From Octopus sinensis (Eukaryota): DNA of 64,000 nucleotides. Position numbers and translations under genes: made by a program. Shown here piece after piece: positions 52,349 to 64,000 of the stretch; position 1 is the first letter of the stretch, and each line of letters starts with the position of its first letter. The stretch lies in the NCBI RefSeq assembly GCF_006345805.1, contig NC_043004.1:106082001-106146000 (forward strand), read 5' to 3'. The notes below the pieces were generated by a model. That model searched no databases, had not been told where the DNA came from, and was given only the letters and a program-made list of their open reading frames with translations.

Positions 52349-52790
52349 GAGCTGGCAGAATTGTTACTGCAACCGGTGAGATGGCAGAAACGTTAGCATA
52401 CCAGGCAAAATGCTTAGTGGTATTTCGTCTGCCGCTACATTCTGAGTTCAGGTTCTGCCGAGGTCGACTTTGCCTTTCATCCTTTCGGGGTCGATTAAAT
52501 AAGTACCAGTTTCACATTGGGGTCGATGTAATTGACTTAATCCCTTTGTCCTTGTTTGTCCCCTCTATGTTTAGCCCCTTGTGGGCAATAAAGAAATAAG
52601 AATCGTTAGCTCATTGGACACAATGCTTTGCAGCATTTTGTCTGTATTTACATTCTCAGTTCAAATTTTGCCAAGGGCAACTCTGCTTTTTGTTCTTCAG
52701 GGTTGATGAAATAAGTACCGGATGTGCACTGGGGTCAGTGAAATCAACTAGCCAGCTTCCTTGAAATTTCAGGTCTTGTGTCTATAGTAA
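52349..52790 (+). mobile_element. Cluster of family B SINE copies
   Basis: Near-complete copy at about 52380-52600 plus older partial copies. Others at 50895-51060 (-), 59730-59915 (+) and 60152-60345 (+). Confidence 0.85.
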
Positions 52791-53576
52791 AAAGGATATC
52801 ATTACCCTCACTTCGATGTGGCAAGATCTCACTTGAACCCTTAAATTACCATATTTCCATTGAAATATATTACCTTCATCTCAATTACTTATGAAAATAA
52901 TGAAGAATTTATTGAAATATCTCTGTCATTTAGCTGGTGTTTGGAGCAAAAATTAGCCTAAAATTTTGATGAAAGGTTTTAATTTGAATCACCTTAAAAC
53001 TGCAATTTTATATCCTAGATTTAGAGATTGTCTCAGGCAATTTTTGTATCAAAACAGTTAAAAAAGACATGTTCTCATTTAGAATTATAGATACCCCCCC
53101 CCCAAAAAAAAACAACAACTACTAATTTGATGTTCTTTATGTTGAACAGTAGTTATTCCTCTTATCAGTTTAATGTCAGTAGCTCATTATCACTGGATTA
53201 TTATTTATTAATTAGCTGTCTCATTAAGCATTTGCCATTTTGTACTAGGCTCTCAGAATGTGGCTGCAGGATGTCAACTATAGCCTAGATCTTATAACTT
53301 TAATTTCTGACTTTGTGATCTCGAATTAGGTTATGTTCATAATTGCTCCTTATTAACTCTTTAATAGAGAAATAAGACACTATAATAAATGCGTGTTTGT
53401 GTAAGTTGAGAGAGAGTCTGAAGAGTAGTAAATAAAATGCATTGCAGATTAGTGGCAGTAGGTAAACCTCAGAAAACTTGTGGTAGAAAGCATTTCTGAC
53501 AACCCGAAAGACATTTGACTGCACTCCTTGCATATGAAAGGGTACTGTACTGCAGCTCATACTGGCATACAGTGGC

Positions 53577-53583
53577 TCTCTCA

Positions 53584-53639
<56 letters not shown>

Positions 53640-53678
53640 CTCTATCTCTTTTATCTCTTTCTCTCTCTCTCTCTCTCA
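53577..53678. repeat. (CT)n microsatellite
   Basis: Direct reading. Confidence 0.95.
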
Positions 53679-54349
53679 CTGGGCAATCATGTAGCTCCTC
53701 TATAGCAAGACACCTAGTTCTGCTTCTCTGTTACACTGTAACCTTTCATCCTCTGACACAAGTTCCCCTCCTCAAATGCCACGTTAAAAGCATCCAGTCC
53801 ACACTAACGTGGTTGGTGTTTGGAAAGGCATCCAGCTGTAAAAATCATACCAAAACTAACCTCACCTGTGCTAGTGCCACGTAAAAACCACTGAGTCCAC
53901 TCTGTGGGGCAGTTGGTGTTAGGAGGAGCATCCAACCTAAAATCCCTGCCCAAACAGGCTCAGTAACTTAGGGTAGTTTTTCTACCTGACCACCTCCTGT
54001 CAACTGTTCTACCCATGCATGCATGGAAGATGGACTTAGATGATGATGATGATGATGAACACACTATTTATGCTCAGATAAAATATTGTAAATACAGTAT
54101 TTTTATAATGAAATGATTGGCATAAAAACTGGAGGCTGTGTTTGAATTCCGGCAATCTTGCATCACGTGTAACTTGAAGGAGACTCTGTATCTGGTGGTA
54201 AGTAGATTTAAGTGGATTGGGCACCGTTGGTCTGAGTCTGGGTACTGATTCTCTGCTCCGGTCATACTGATTAGCATAGAGCTATTCACAAAAATCATCC
54301 CAGTTCCTTGCCCACAGACATGGTGTCTCCTCACTCTGCCTGTTCCAAA

Positions 54350-54600
54350 AACTATTGTGAACAACCATTGCTGCTTCATGGAACTGACTGGTTTTCTCAT
54401 TTCTTCTCAAGTGTACTTGACTCCAGTTATTACTCATTATATCTCTATCCTCCCCCAGACCATCTCATGTAGCTTCACAAATTACTAAATCCAATCTTCA
54501 TTCCTAGAACTTTGGCCTATCTGGAATATCCTCCCTGTCTATATTTTTTTCCTGCAGTTGTCCAAGAACATCAATCACGTTAATTTCTCTCAGATGGTAT
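54350..54600 (+). mobile_element. Decayed CR1/L2-group LINE 3' fragment
   Basis: Frameshifted ..FIPRT..WNILPVYIF resembles the C-terminal FFPRT..WN.LP motif of L2/CR1-group ORF2. Confidence 0.5.
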
Positions 54601-55071
54601 GCGGTTAAAAAGTTTACGTTGGTTTTCCTTCAAATTCTCCCTATCAACTCATTAGTCTTTGGTCAGCCTATGGCCACATTAGAAGGTACTTGCTTAAGGT
54701 GCCATGCAGTAGGTCTGAACACCGAACCATGTGGTTGAGAAGTGAACTTCTTAACATGGGTAAAATTTCATCTGTGTGTGAGTATGTTCTCCCTAGCTTT
54801 AAATTTATTAATTCCAGGAGTATGATATAGATTATGTTAAAACTACATCAGCATGTACCGAGTTTAGCTTATCTCTCTGTCATGAAGACAATGAAATATT
54901 TTCTAAATACTTTGCTTAATATTTGTCAAAATGGCTATTGGGAATGGTGGATAAATATATGTAATTGTTTTAATATGACTCACATCTTTATTAATAAACT
55001 AATATTTCTGACCTAGAACTGTTTCATTTGTTGTGGTCATTCAACACTATGATTTCATTTTTGAAATGTAG

Positions 55072-55117
55072 GCGAATCATGGACCAAGAGGGAATTCCAA
55101 GAGCACTGATATTCTAG
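55072..55117 (+). CDS. Candidate 46-nt coding exon ANHGPRGNSKSTDIL, phase 0-1
   Basis: TTTCATTTTTGAAATGTAG| acceptor, TAG|GTACAG donor, higher GC than flanks. Confidence 0.35.
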
Positions 55118-55177
55118 GTACAGTGGTTAAGTATAGCATTTAAAGTTGACATAATATGAGTTATGAGAAGAGTTGAG

Positions 55178-56785
55178 ATCATCATCATCGTTTAGTGTCT
55201 GCCTTCCATGCTAGCATGGGTGAGACGGTTTCACAAGAGCCGGCCAGGCCGAAGCCTGCACCAGACTTCTGTGACTGTTTTGGCAGGATTTTTACAGATG
55301 GATGCCCTTCATTAATACCAGCCACTCAGCAGAGTGGACTTAATGCTTTTTTTCATGGCACAAGCACAGGCAAGGTTTTTACAGCTGAATGCCCTTCTGA
55401 ACACCAACCAGTTTACAGTGTGATCTGGGTGCTTTTAAGTGGCATCTGCACTGGCAGGGTCACCAAATACTTGCAAGACAAAAAAAAAAAAAAAAACTTT
55501 CAAAAGGAGAAGAAGCATTGGAGGAGTTGATCTTGTGTTCAATGATGAAAAGGTTATAGTGATACAGATACAGGTGTCTTGCTGTAGAGGAAGTACAAGG
55601 TTATCTGGCCAAAGAAAGATCAGGGATGAAGACAAACAATAGGATAGAGATGGTGGTAAAATGCCAGGCATACTCACAAGGGATGGGAATCAGAATATAA
55701 ATGGGATGGTTGAGTAAAGGAAGAGAGAGATAGAGATGGTGGCAAGTGCCAGGGCATACCCTTGAGGTTTAAATCCCATAATATAAGTGGCAAGATATCG
55801 CGAAGGGAGTGCAAGTATGTGGCAAAAGACCTGGGTATATATAGATTGGGTGGCGGGGTGGGGGTGGCTACTGGATAGCACTGATACAGAGGAACTGGGG
55901 AGTGAGTGCTAGGAATAGTGTATGAAGGGGTTACGTGTGGGAGGAACACACAGGTCAGGGGCTAGCAGATAGCAATAATAGAGTGAGACAGTGCATGTAG
56001 GTAGAACACACAGGTCGGGGACAAGTGGAGAGCAATGCTACTATGGCACAGTGCCAAGAGGATAGGACCAGGGAGTGAGAAGTAATCCAAGTGTATGAAG
56101 CAGGAATGTGAGGAAGAGATGTAGAGACGTAGTTTGGTTTGTTGTGGTAGTGTGTGTGAGAAGTTTTCTTGTTAAGTGTGGATGGGACACACAGCACTTC
56201 TAAAACTCAGTTTCACTGACATGGGCAGGGGGTCTTCTCAAGAACTCCATATCGCCAGGCATCTCGGTCCATTGACATTTCCTCCTTGAGGCCCAACATC
56301 CTGAGATCGGTCCTTACCATTTCATCCCACGTCTCCCTGTGTGTCCCTCTTCTGCAGGTACCATCTGCTTTCAGTGATTGGTACTTCTTTATGTAGCTGT
56401 CCTCATTCATATGCATCACATATCCAAACCAGAATAGTCTTCTCTCTTGCATGCTACATTTGATTCCTCTTATGCTCAACAGAGCCTACTACCTTCATTT
56501 CTTGCCAATCTTCTGCATTCAGAGCCCATGTCTCACTACCATGGAGTATAGCTGTTCATACACAGGCATCATATAGTCTACCTTTCACTCTGAGAGAGTC
56601 CTTTTGTTACCAACAGAGGTAATAGCTCTCTCAACTTCCTACATCCGATTCTTATTCTAGAAACAATACTTTCAGAGAATCCTCCACCATTGCTTATTTA
56701 CCTTGTGTTACCTAGGTAACAGAAACTATCTACAACCTGAAGAGAGCCTCCTGGGTATTTGAGAGAATCTAAGTCCCGTGTGTTC
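55178..56785 (-). mobile_element. 5'-truncated RTE-clade LINE (~1.6 kb): post-RT ORF2 remnant, 3' UTR and (GAT)n tail
   Basis: Translation includes VVDSFCYLG, GRLYDACV*TAILHGSETW and QERRLFWFGYVMHMNED..DRDAWR, with stops and frameshifts. The tail at 55178-55480 equals the family C tail. Confidence 0.9.
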
Positions 56786-57261
56786 TTAGTTCTTTTTGTC
56801 AAATGCTTGAGCAAAAGTGATGTAAATTTTTCTAGGACCAATTTCAATTTTCACCCCTTTTGGGTCAATGAAATTATTTTAATACTGAGATTTTTTTTCC
56901 ATCAATTACTTCCTTTAAAAATTGGTCTTGTTCTATAAAGAAGCAATCAAAATTAGTTAAACTCTGGCGCATATTCTTCTGACTTCATGAAGATCGATTT
57001 TAAACTGATGGTTGAAGTTCTTTGAGATCTTTATACCATTCCTTTACTCTTAGATATTCCAACTTGGTACAAAGAACTGAATATTAGACAAAACTATCTT
57101 AGTGCAGGTCCCCCCCCCCCAAGTTTACCAATATATTTTATGAAGTGGTTGGCCTTTGGAAAGTTATCAAGCTGTAAAAACTATGCCAGAGATGACATGG
57201 GAGTTTGTCACAGCCCTACAGCTCATTGGTTCCCTGCTCATGCTGAAAAGTAGATGTTAAA

Positions 57262-57562
57262 TACTCTTTTACTTGTTTCAGTCATTTGACTGTGGCCATG
57301 CTGGAGCACAGCCTTTAGTTGAGCAAATCGATCCCAGGACTTATTCTTTGTAAACCTAGTACTTATACGGGGACGTAAACACACCAGCATCAGTTGTCAA
57401 GCGATGCTGGGGGGGACAAACACACACACGCATATATATACATATTTACAACAGGCTTCTTTCAGTTTCCGTCTACCAAATCCACTCACAAGGTGCCATG
57501 CAGTGGGACTGAACCCAGAATCATGTGGTTGGTAAGCAAGCTACTTACCACGCAGCCACTCC
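57262..57562 (-). mobile_element. Family A SINE with internal deletions
   Basis: Reverse complement of family A with missing blocks. Confidence 0.88.
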
Positions 57563-57971
57563 TGATGATCAGTTGAATTCTAGGTTATGTGACCATAGCC
57601 TTTTATCCATCCAGGGTACCATTCATAAACTGGAGTTGGTTCAGTCAATGATTTTATGTCAGTGTGAGAAAGCAATATCTGATATAACTTACCAATCAAC
57701 TACACCTGTCTGAAACTGAACTCAGTTTTAAGATGTAATACTTTTTCAGCTTCGTTATTGTAATATTAATTATAGTATAGATTCTACTTTCAGCTGATAA
57801 TTATTATATTTACATATTTCCCACCTTACCTCTTACCTGATTCTGCTTACTTTTGTCCTTTTGTTTCTACACTCAGCCTTTCATTCAAATAATTCTATTT
57901 GAATGTGTTCTTTCCCAAAAGACTTTTCTATAGTTACTGCCAGATGGTGTTTTTATTTTTGTGGGGGTCAG

Positions 57972-58155
57972 GTATGGAAGCAGGAGGTAAAAAAAAATGC
58001 AAATTTGATCGCCAGCTTTCTCTCCATGTGAAAGAAAATTTACGGCAACTTTTGGACTTATTAAAGATTCTTATTGAAAGCCTAATCAGTCTGATGCAAC
58101 CCTTGAGCAGTTCCTTCCATTTCTGCCTTATTTGCATAGTAGACTTAGGGTGCAA
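57972..58155 (+). CDS. Weak candidate exon within a 108-codon ORF (..KFDRQLSLHVKENLRQLLDLLKILIESL..)
   Basis: Long non-repetitive ORF with helical pattern and retained CpG codons. Splice boundaries ambiguous, since TCAG|GTATGG could be a donor or an acceptor. Confidence 0.25.
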
Positions 58156-58298
58156 GGTGTATTTGGATTATGCTTTAGTCTTGGTTGGGTCCCTTGAAAG
58201 AGATACAGATTCTGAGTTTACTTGATGCATTTAGTCAGCACAAAACTACTCCCCACTTTCTCATTGCTCTGGTCCCTTCCCCATGTCTTCATCTAGAA

Positions 58299-58607
58299 CA
58301 GTGGTTCTCAATTGGGGTCCGTATAAGATTTTGCAGGGGTCCACAATAGTATTTTAATGGCCCCTGAAAAAATTATGCTTTAGATGTATGTATTGGTGCA
58401 TATTGCAAGAAACAGCTAAGTTTCTTTCTCTAATGTTTTACTTAGTTCAACCTACAGAAGTTAATGTGTGAAAAACAAAATAGGGATCTTGACAGAAGTT
58501 TCTATAAAACTAGTTTTTGAACATCATGTGGCTATGGGGGTCCACCAGACTAGAATAGTAATCAAAGGAGTCCACAGATAAAAAAAAAAAATGGTTGAGA
58601 ATCCCTG
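58299..58607. mobile_element. hAT (Charlie-like) MITE
   Basis: TIRs CAGTGGTTCTCAA / TTGAGAATCCCTG; left flank ATCTAGAA. Confidence 0.8.
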
Positions 58608-60922
58608 ACACAGAATATCAGTCCTAATATTTCACATCATCTTGTTTAGAATCTTTATTTTGAGCAGAAATTCTGCCAAAGACAGTTTTAAACTTGACCT
58701 CTGGTCTGTCTGTAATCAATGAATTAAGTACTAATAGTATATTGAATAGACAATAGACTCATTTCAGTCAGAAAAAAAAGGTTAATTATGTAACTTGCCA
58801 GAAGAAATCAATATTTCAAATATATAGGAAAAAAAAATTACCTTATCTCGTTATAGAAGAAAACCCTTCCCACGAAGTCAATATTCCCAACGTATATTGA
58901 TAGGGAGGAGACAATGCTATGACAGTATTGTTGATGATAATGATGATGGTGGTGATGATGTCGGTTAAGAGATGCTGTGATGAAATCGATTTCTTATTCA
59001 GCTGTAACATGTACTTCTCTTTCCCCCCCTCTTTCTCTCTCACTGTCACTTCACCTCCACGTTACTTGGGCTGTCAGACACTTTAGTCCAGTCTCTTAAG
59101 AGAAATATACTCTGTCCCAGTCTGTTTCTTTCTCTCTCTCTTCACAAAGCCATTGTTATTATGGATGCTAATTGCTGGCTCTCACTAGTCACACAGGTTT
59201 CTTCCCTGCCTCTCCATCTGAACCATCCCCTTAAAGATTAATGCTCACCTTGTCATATGTTTATTAATCCTTAAAATTACCTGGTTCCTCCGTAACATCT
59301 TAGGATAATGCTCCCCACCACCTCCACTGCCACCATCATCACTATCACTATAAACAGGTTGTTGTCACTTCCATTCTTGTGTTTGTGTCTATTTCCTTCT
59401 GCCTCCAGTGTTTGTAAATGGTTGAATTAGTCTTTTTGTGATTAATGGTTCAATTCTAATAGATGGGTTTTTGAAATCATATTTATTGCAATTCTGAAAT
59501 TTTGTTTATTTTCTGCACATTATTTAAACACTGTATTTAGAACTGATTGGAATTTAAGATTAAGCAGAATCATTGGAGCTTCCAACAAGTTGCCATGCTG
59601 TATTTAATTACTGCCCTTAATGTTCTAAATTCAGATCCTAGAAAATACTTTTGAAAATGTACATTTTAAACAAATTTGATCAATTTTAATGATAGTTGCT
59701 ACTGAATTGTTGGTGGTGATGTTGTTAAGGCGATGAACTGGCAGAATCATTACCACACCAGACATAATTCTTCGTTGCATTTCATCTGTCTCCATGTTCT
59801 GAATTCAAATTCTACCGAGGTGGACTGTGCTTTCCATCCTTTTGTACTGATGTTGATGTAATTGACTAGCCCCCACGACCCATTAAAATAATATCAGGCC
59901 TTGTGTCTATAGTGGAAAATGTGGGGACGCACAGCTTAGTATTCAGGGTGTTGGATTGGGGTTTCAATTCCTGGACCAGGTAGTGCATTGTCTTCTTGAG
60001 CAAAACTCTTCATTTTAATCCTGCGATGGGCCAGCATCCCGTCCAGGTGGGGAATACATATGCCATGGAAACCAGCCTTTATGAGTTGGTGTGACTTGAG
60101 AAGATAACTTTACCCTACCTATTGTGGAAAGGATTATTATTATTATTATTATACCACACTAAATGCTTAGGGGCATTTCGTTTATCCTTGCATTCTGAGT
60201 TCAAATTCTGCCAAGGTCAAATTTGCCTTTCATCCATTCGGAGTTGATTAAAAAATAAGTATCAGTGGAGTTCTGGGTTGATGTAATCAACTCCCCACTT
60301 CCACTGCACCCAAGTTTCAGGTCTTGTGCTTATAGTAAGAAAAGATTATTATTGTTATTATTATTAATGGTTTTTTTTCTTCAAAACAATGAATCTAGAA
60401 GAGACTCAGTAATGTGTGTAATGCCTCACCGATGTTTATTTAGTCTGCTCGGTAAAGTGTATTGCTGCTGTTGTTGTCACTGTTCTTTCCATGATTGTTT
60501 ATTTCCAAAGTGGTTCAATCAATAAACTTCTTCATTGACCATTATAATAGCTTGGACATTTGTTTTATTGAGCCTTAATTTCCCACTGTCCCTTCTACTG
60601 ATTACTATTGGTTCTGACTCATTCTGGTAATCTCTCTCTCTCTCTCTTTCACTCATTGTCTTTGTCACCATTCCACCAACACCTACTACCACATCTCTCC
60701 TCCCACCACTATCGCTCCCCTTCTATATATATATATATATATATATATCTCCCCCCCACTCCCTTTTCTGTGTCTTTTGTAAACATGCACTCATTCACAA
60801 AAGTAAGATACACACACTTCACACACTCCTCAGCAAACCTACATGTAATCCAAATACACTTGTACATTCTCACACATTTGCATATTAATACAGATGCATA
60901 CACATAGATACACACCTACACA

Positions 60923-60960
<38 letters not shown>

Positions 60961-62319
60961 CAGAGTCAAACAGTCTTCATGTTACTCAGAGATCTTTAAA
61001 TTATTCAATCTCAGAATTTCTAATTTTCCTGCGTTTTTTCCTTAAGCATCATATCTATTATTATCTCACCCCTTTTCGAATTCTAGGAGTTGGTACGATT
61101 TGATACTGTTGCTAACCACTTCAGTATTTCATTATATCAAGTGTGTGTGTGTGTATGTGTGTGTAAAAGTAGAGATAGGAAAGGGCTCGAATTGAAGGAA
61201 GGTACTCTGAGTCAGTGGTATGAAATAAATGTTGGTAAAGCATTTAATCTTTCTCTCTCTCTCTCTCTCACTTTTCATCTTTCTTACTCTACTGCCCCCC
61301 CCCCATTGCTTTCCTTTTTTTCTTCTATTTTCTACATAGCCTCTTGTTCTATTATTTTATTATCCCCTCCTCTCTGTCTCCATCTTACACCAAATCTAAC
61401 TCTTTCCTCCCCCATTCCTGTTTCTCTCACCCCCCCCACATCAGCCCTCCTCCATCACTACCCCCAGCCCCTTGGCAGTACACCTACTCACTGTTTTTCC
61501 TTTTTTTTTTTTGCAAAGGTCCTCTGACACTATTTCCATCTCTATTTGTTTTTTGCTTTCTCTTAACTTTTTTTCCACCCCTTCCAGTGCCTACATCTGC
61601 TGGTTATTATTTAATTTGAAAGAACAAAGACAGAAGCAAAAAAAAAAAAAATAAAAGCAGTACTAAGAATGGAGTCACCCCCCCACCTTCACCACCACCA
61701 AAACCACCCCCACCCCCACTAACAACAACATCAACAACAACAATCTTACTCCTCTACTCCATTATCTCAACCCCAGTTCTCTCACCACCAAGAACAATCA
61801 CTACACCACTCTCACCCTATTGGTGCCAATTCCACTAATACATAATCCGCAATCATCCATCCAACATCATTTAACAGATGGTTATGGTATCCTTATACCC
61901 ATCCTATACCTTACAATTACCAACCTTTATTATTATTATTACTATTATTATTATTATTAGTATTATTCAAAATTTGGTAGTTTCAGGCAGATTTCTACTG
62001 CATTACTTGCTACACCCCCATGTTGCTGGGAGATGTGCAGCCTTGTGTGTTCTTTTTTGTTGTTGGGTATTATTATAATTATTATCATTATGATTAATGT
62101 TGTTGTTATTTGGAGGGGGCTATTTATCAATGCCAGAAAAAAAAAAAATACCTGTGGCAGGACAGTATGTTGGGCTGCTCTGACTTAGGGAAGACTCAAC
62201 TCCATGTAGACTTTAGAGATTAGCAACAACACCAAGAATGGACTTGTCTGTTCTTCAGAGATCTCTAGCAGGAAATAGCTAACACTCTTACTCATAGTTA
62301 ACATTTCACTCCATGCTGT

Positions 62320-62363
<44 letters not shown>

Positions 62364-63047
62364 ATGTGTTTGTATGTATATACACATACAAACACGTGCA
62401 TAAGCATGTAACAGTGAGCATATGTATACGTGTAATGTATATTGATATATGTATACGACTGTGTGTAGGTGTTCATCTACACAGGAGAGACACGCATATA
62501 AACACAAATGTATTTATGTATGTGTGTGTGTATACACATGCATTTCATCTTTTTTAACGTTGGTTCTCCTTATATTTTTTCCCCTTGTTCAAACAAAATT
62601 GTTGCCAGATGCTCTTCTTTTCATATATTGCTCCATATATATATATATATGTATGTATATATGTATGTATATGGTGGGGTGAGTGCAGGTGGGTATTTCT
62701 GTATATAGGCAACAATAAACCTACATACATTTAATCACTATTTTACATGGCTAACCAAATAGGTACTGCTCCAGATACTAATGATATGGATTCCATAGTC
62801 TACTTAACATTGATCGCACACACACACACACATGTGTGTGCATATATATATATATACACACATACATATATAATTTTATATGTGTGTGTGGGAGGGCACA
62901 TATAAATATATTCTGTATACATAAATATTTTTCATGGAAACATACCCATACAGTATATATATATATATATATATATAAAAGAATCTTTTGCATTGGTTTT
63001 TTTTATCTTATTACACAAAAAATTCTTATATACACATGCTGACATAG

Positions 63048-63171
63048 AACCAACGTTGAACCCTTTATTCGCAATATTACCGAATCTGGAACTTAACTAT
63101 GGTCTGTCTATAGCACTTATTCAGCATTCCCTGACACCTTTGGGTCTCAATGACACCATTATCTCTTATAT
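63048..63171 (+). CDS. Candidate exon (E)PTLNPLFAILPNLELNYGLSIALIQHSLTPLGLNDTIISY, phase 1-2
   Basis: CATAG| acceptor, TAT|GTATGT donor, 40 open codons with retained CpGs. Phase-compatible with the 55117 donor. Confidence 0.33.
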
Positions 63172-63687
63172 GTATGTACAGAGTGAGAGGGGGTGGGGAG
63201 AAAGTTTTTGTGTCAGAGGTTAATTTTGGTGTATTAATGGAATTAGTGCGAGAGCATGTATGATTTGTGAGAGACTTGGCTGTTATATCTAGCAGATCAA
63301 GCAAGCTAGCAAGAGCTACAATATAGATGGTCCCCTGTTGGAATGCAGTCAGTATTTGCTGCTGCCATTCATGGAATGTCAGTCTTAGATATCATATGTT
63401 TATACTATATGACCTGAAATAAAACTTATTTCACTCTCAGACTAATCACTTTCTCTCTCTCTCTCTCTGTCTTCATTTGAAAACTTTTTTTTATTTTGCA
63501 ATATTCTCTTTTCCTGTTATGATGCTATTCATATTTAAGATTATATGAATATATATTTCTAAGATTATAGGAATATAAATCAATCATAATACTTAACTAA
63601 TATTCTATTTTCATCACCTTAGTTGGATTTGAACTCTGAATGTAAAGATCCATAAAGAAATACTGTAAAACACTTTGTCCAACCTGT

Positions 63688-63878
63688 TCCGTGCTGGTGG
63701 CACATAAAAAGCACCCACTACACTCAGAGTGGTTGGCATTAGGAAGGGCATCCAGCTGTAGAAACACTGCCAGATCAAACCGGAGCCTGGTGCAGCTTCC
63801 CGGCTTCCCAGACCCCAGTTGAACCGTCCAACCCATGCTAGCATGGAAAACGGACGTTAAACGATGATGATGATGATC
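63688..63878 (+). mobile_element. Young family C element
   Basis: Nearly identical to the tails at 25330-25500 and 34815-34985. Confidence 0.92.
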
Positions 63879-63933
63879 CTTAGTTTTGCAATGTTTGTTA
63901 TTTTGTGTTTTAAAAGCAGGAGCCATTCTAGAC

Positions 63934-64000
63934 CAGTGGTTCTCAATGGTGGTTCATATGTCCCTTGGGGATCCATACAGGATTTTATTGTTAAAATTTA
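63934..64000. mobile_element. Left end of a hAT MITE, running off the window
   Basis: TTCTAGAC|CAGTGGTTCTCAA, as at 58299. Confidence 0.7.

Noticed and set aside
53150-53180. 15-nt match (TCTTATCAGTTTAAT) to U2 snRNA as I recall it
   Set aside because: Flanks do not continue the U2 sequence; chance or an unusable pseudogene trace.

Overview
AT-rich, repeat-dense eukaryotic DNA. The SINE, RTE-LINE and MITE families match what I recognise from Octopus genomes; the species is inferred, not proven. There is no prokaryotic gene structure, CRISPR array, rRNA or true tRNA gene, and almost every ORF in the supplied track is a microsatellite, SINE or low-complexity artefact. By eye, CpG is retained from about 3.4 to 23.4 kb and strongly depleted on either side. 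A-rich versus T-rich strand bias flips near a CpG-dense putative promoter at about 19.4-20.5 kb. This suggests two divergent genes. One is a plus-strand gene with long introns and short candidate exons (about 20.2 kb to past 63 kb) encoding a helical protein I cannot name. The other is a minus-strand gene with candidate exons at 4.4, 3.9 and 2.0 kb. All exon calls are manual splice-signal and phase readings with modest confidence. The best leads are a 98-nt in-register hairpin inside a SINE, a pre-miRNA-like hairpin formed within a repeat, a hammerhead-like core in a Penelope-type terminus, a SINE carrying an extra captured 5' segment inside its target-site duplication, and inverted SINEs flanking candidate exons.
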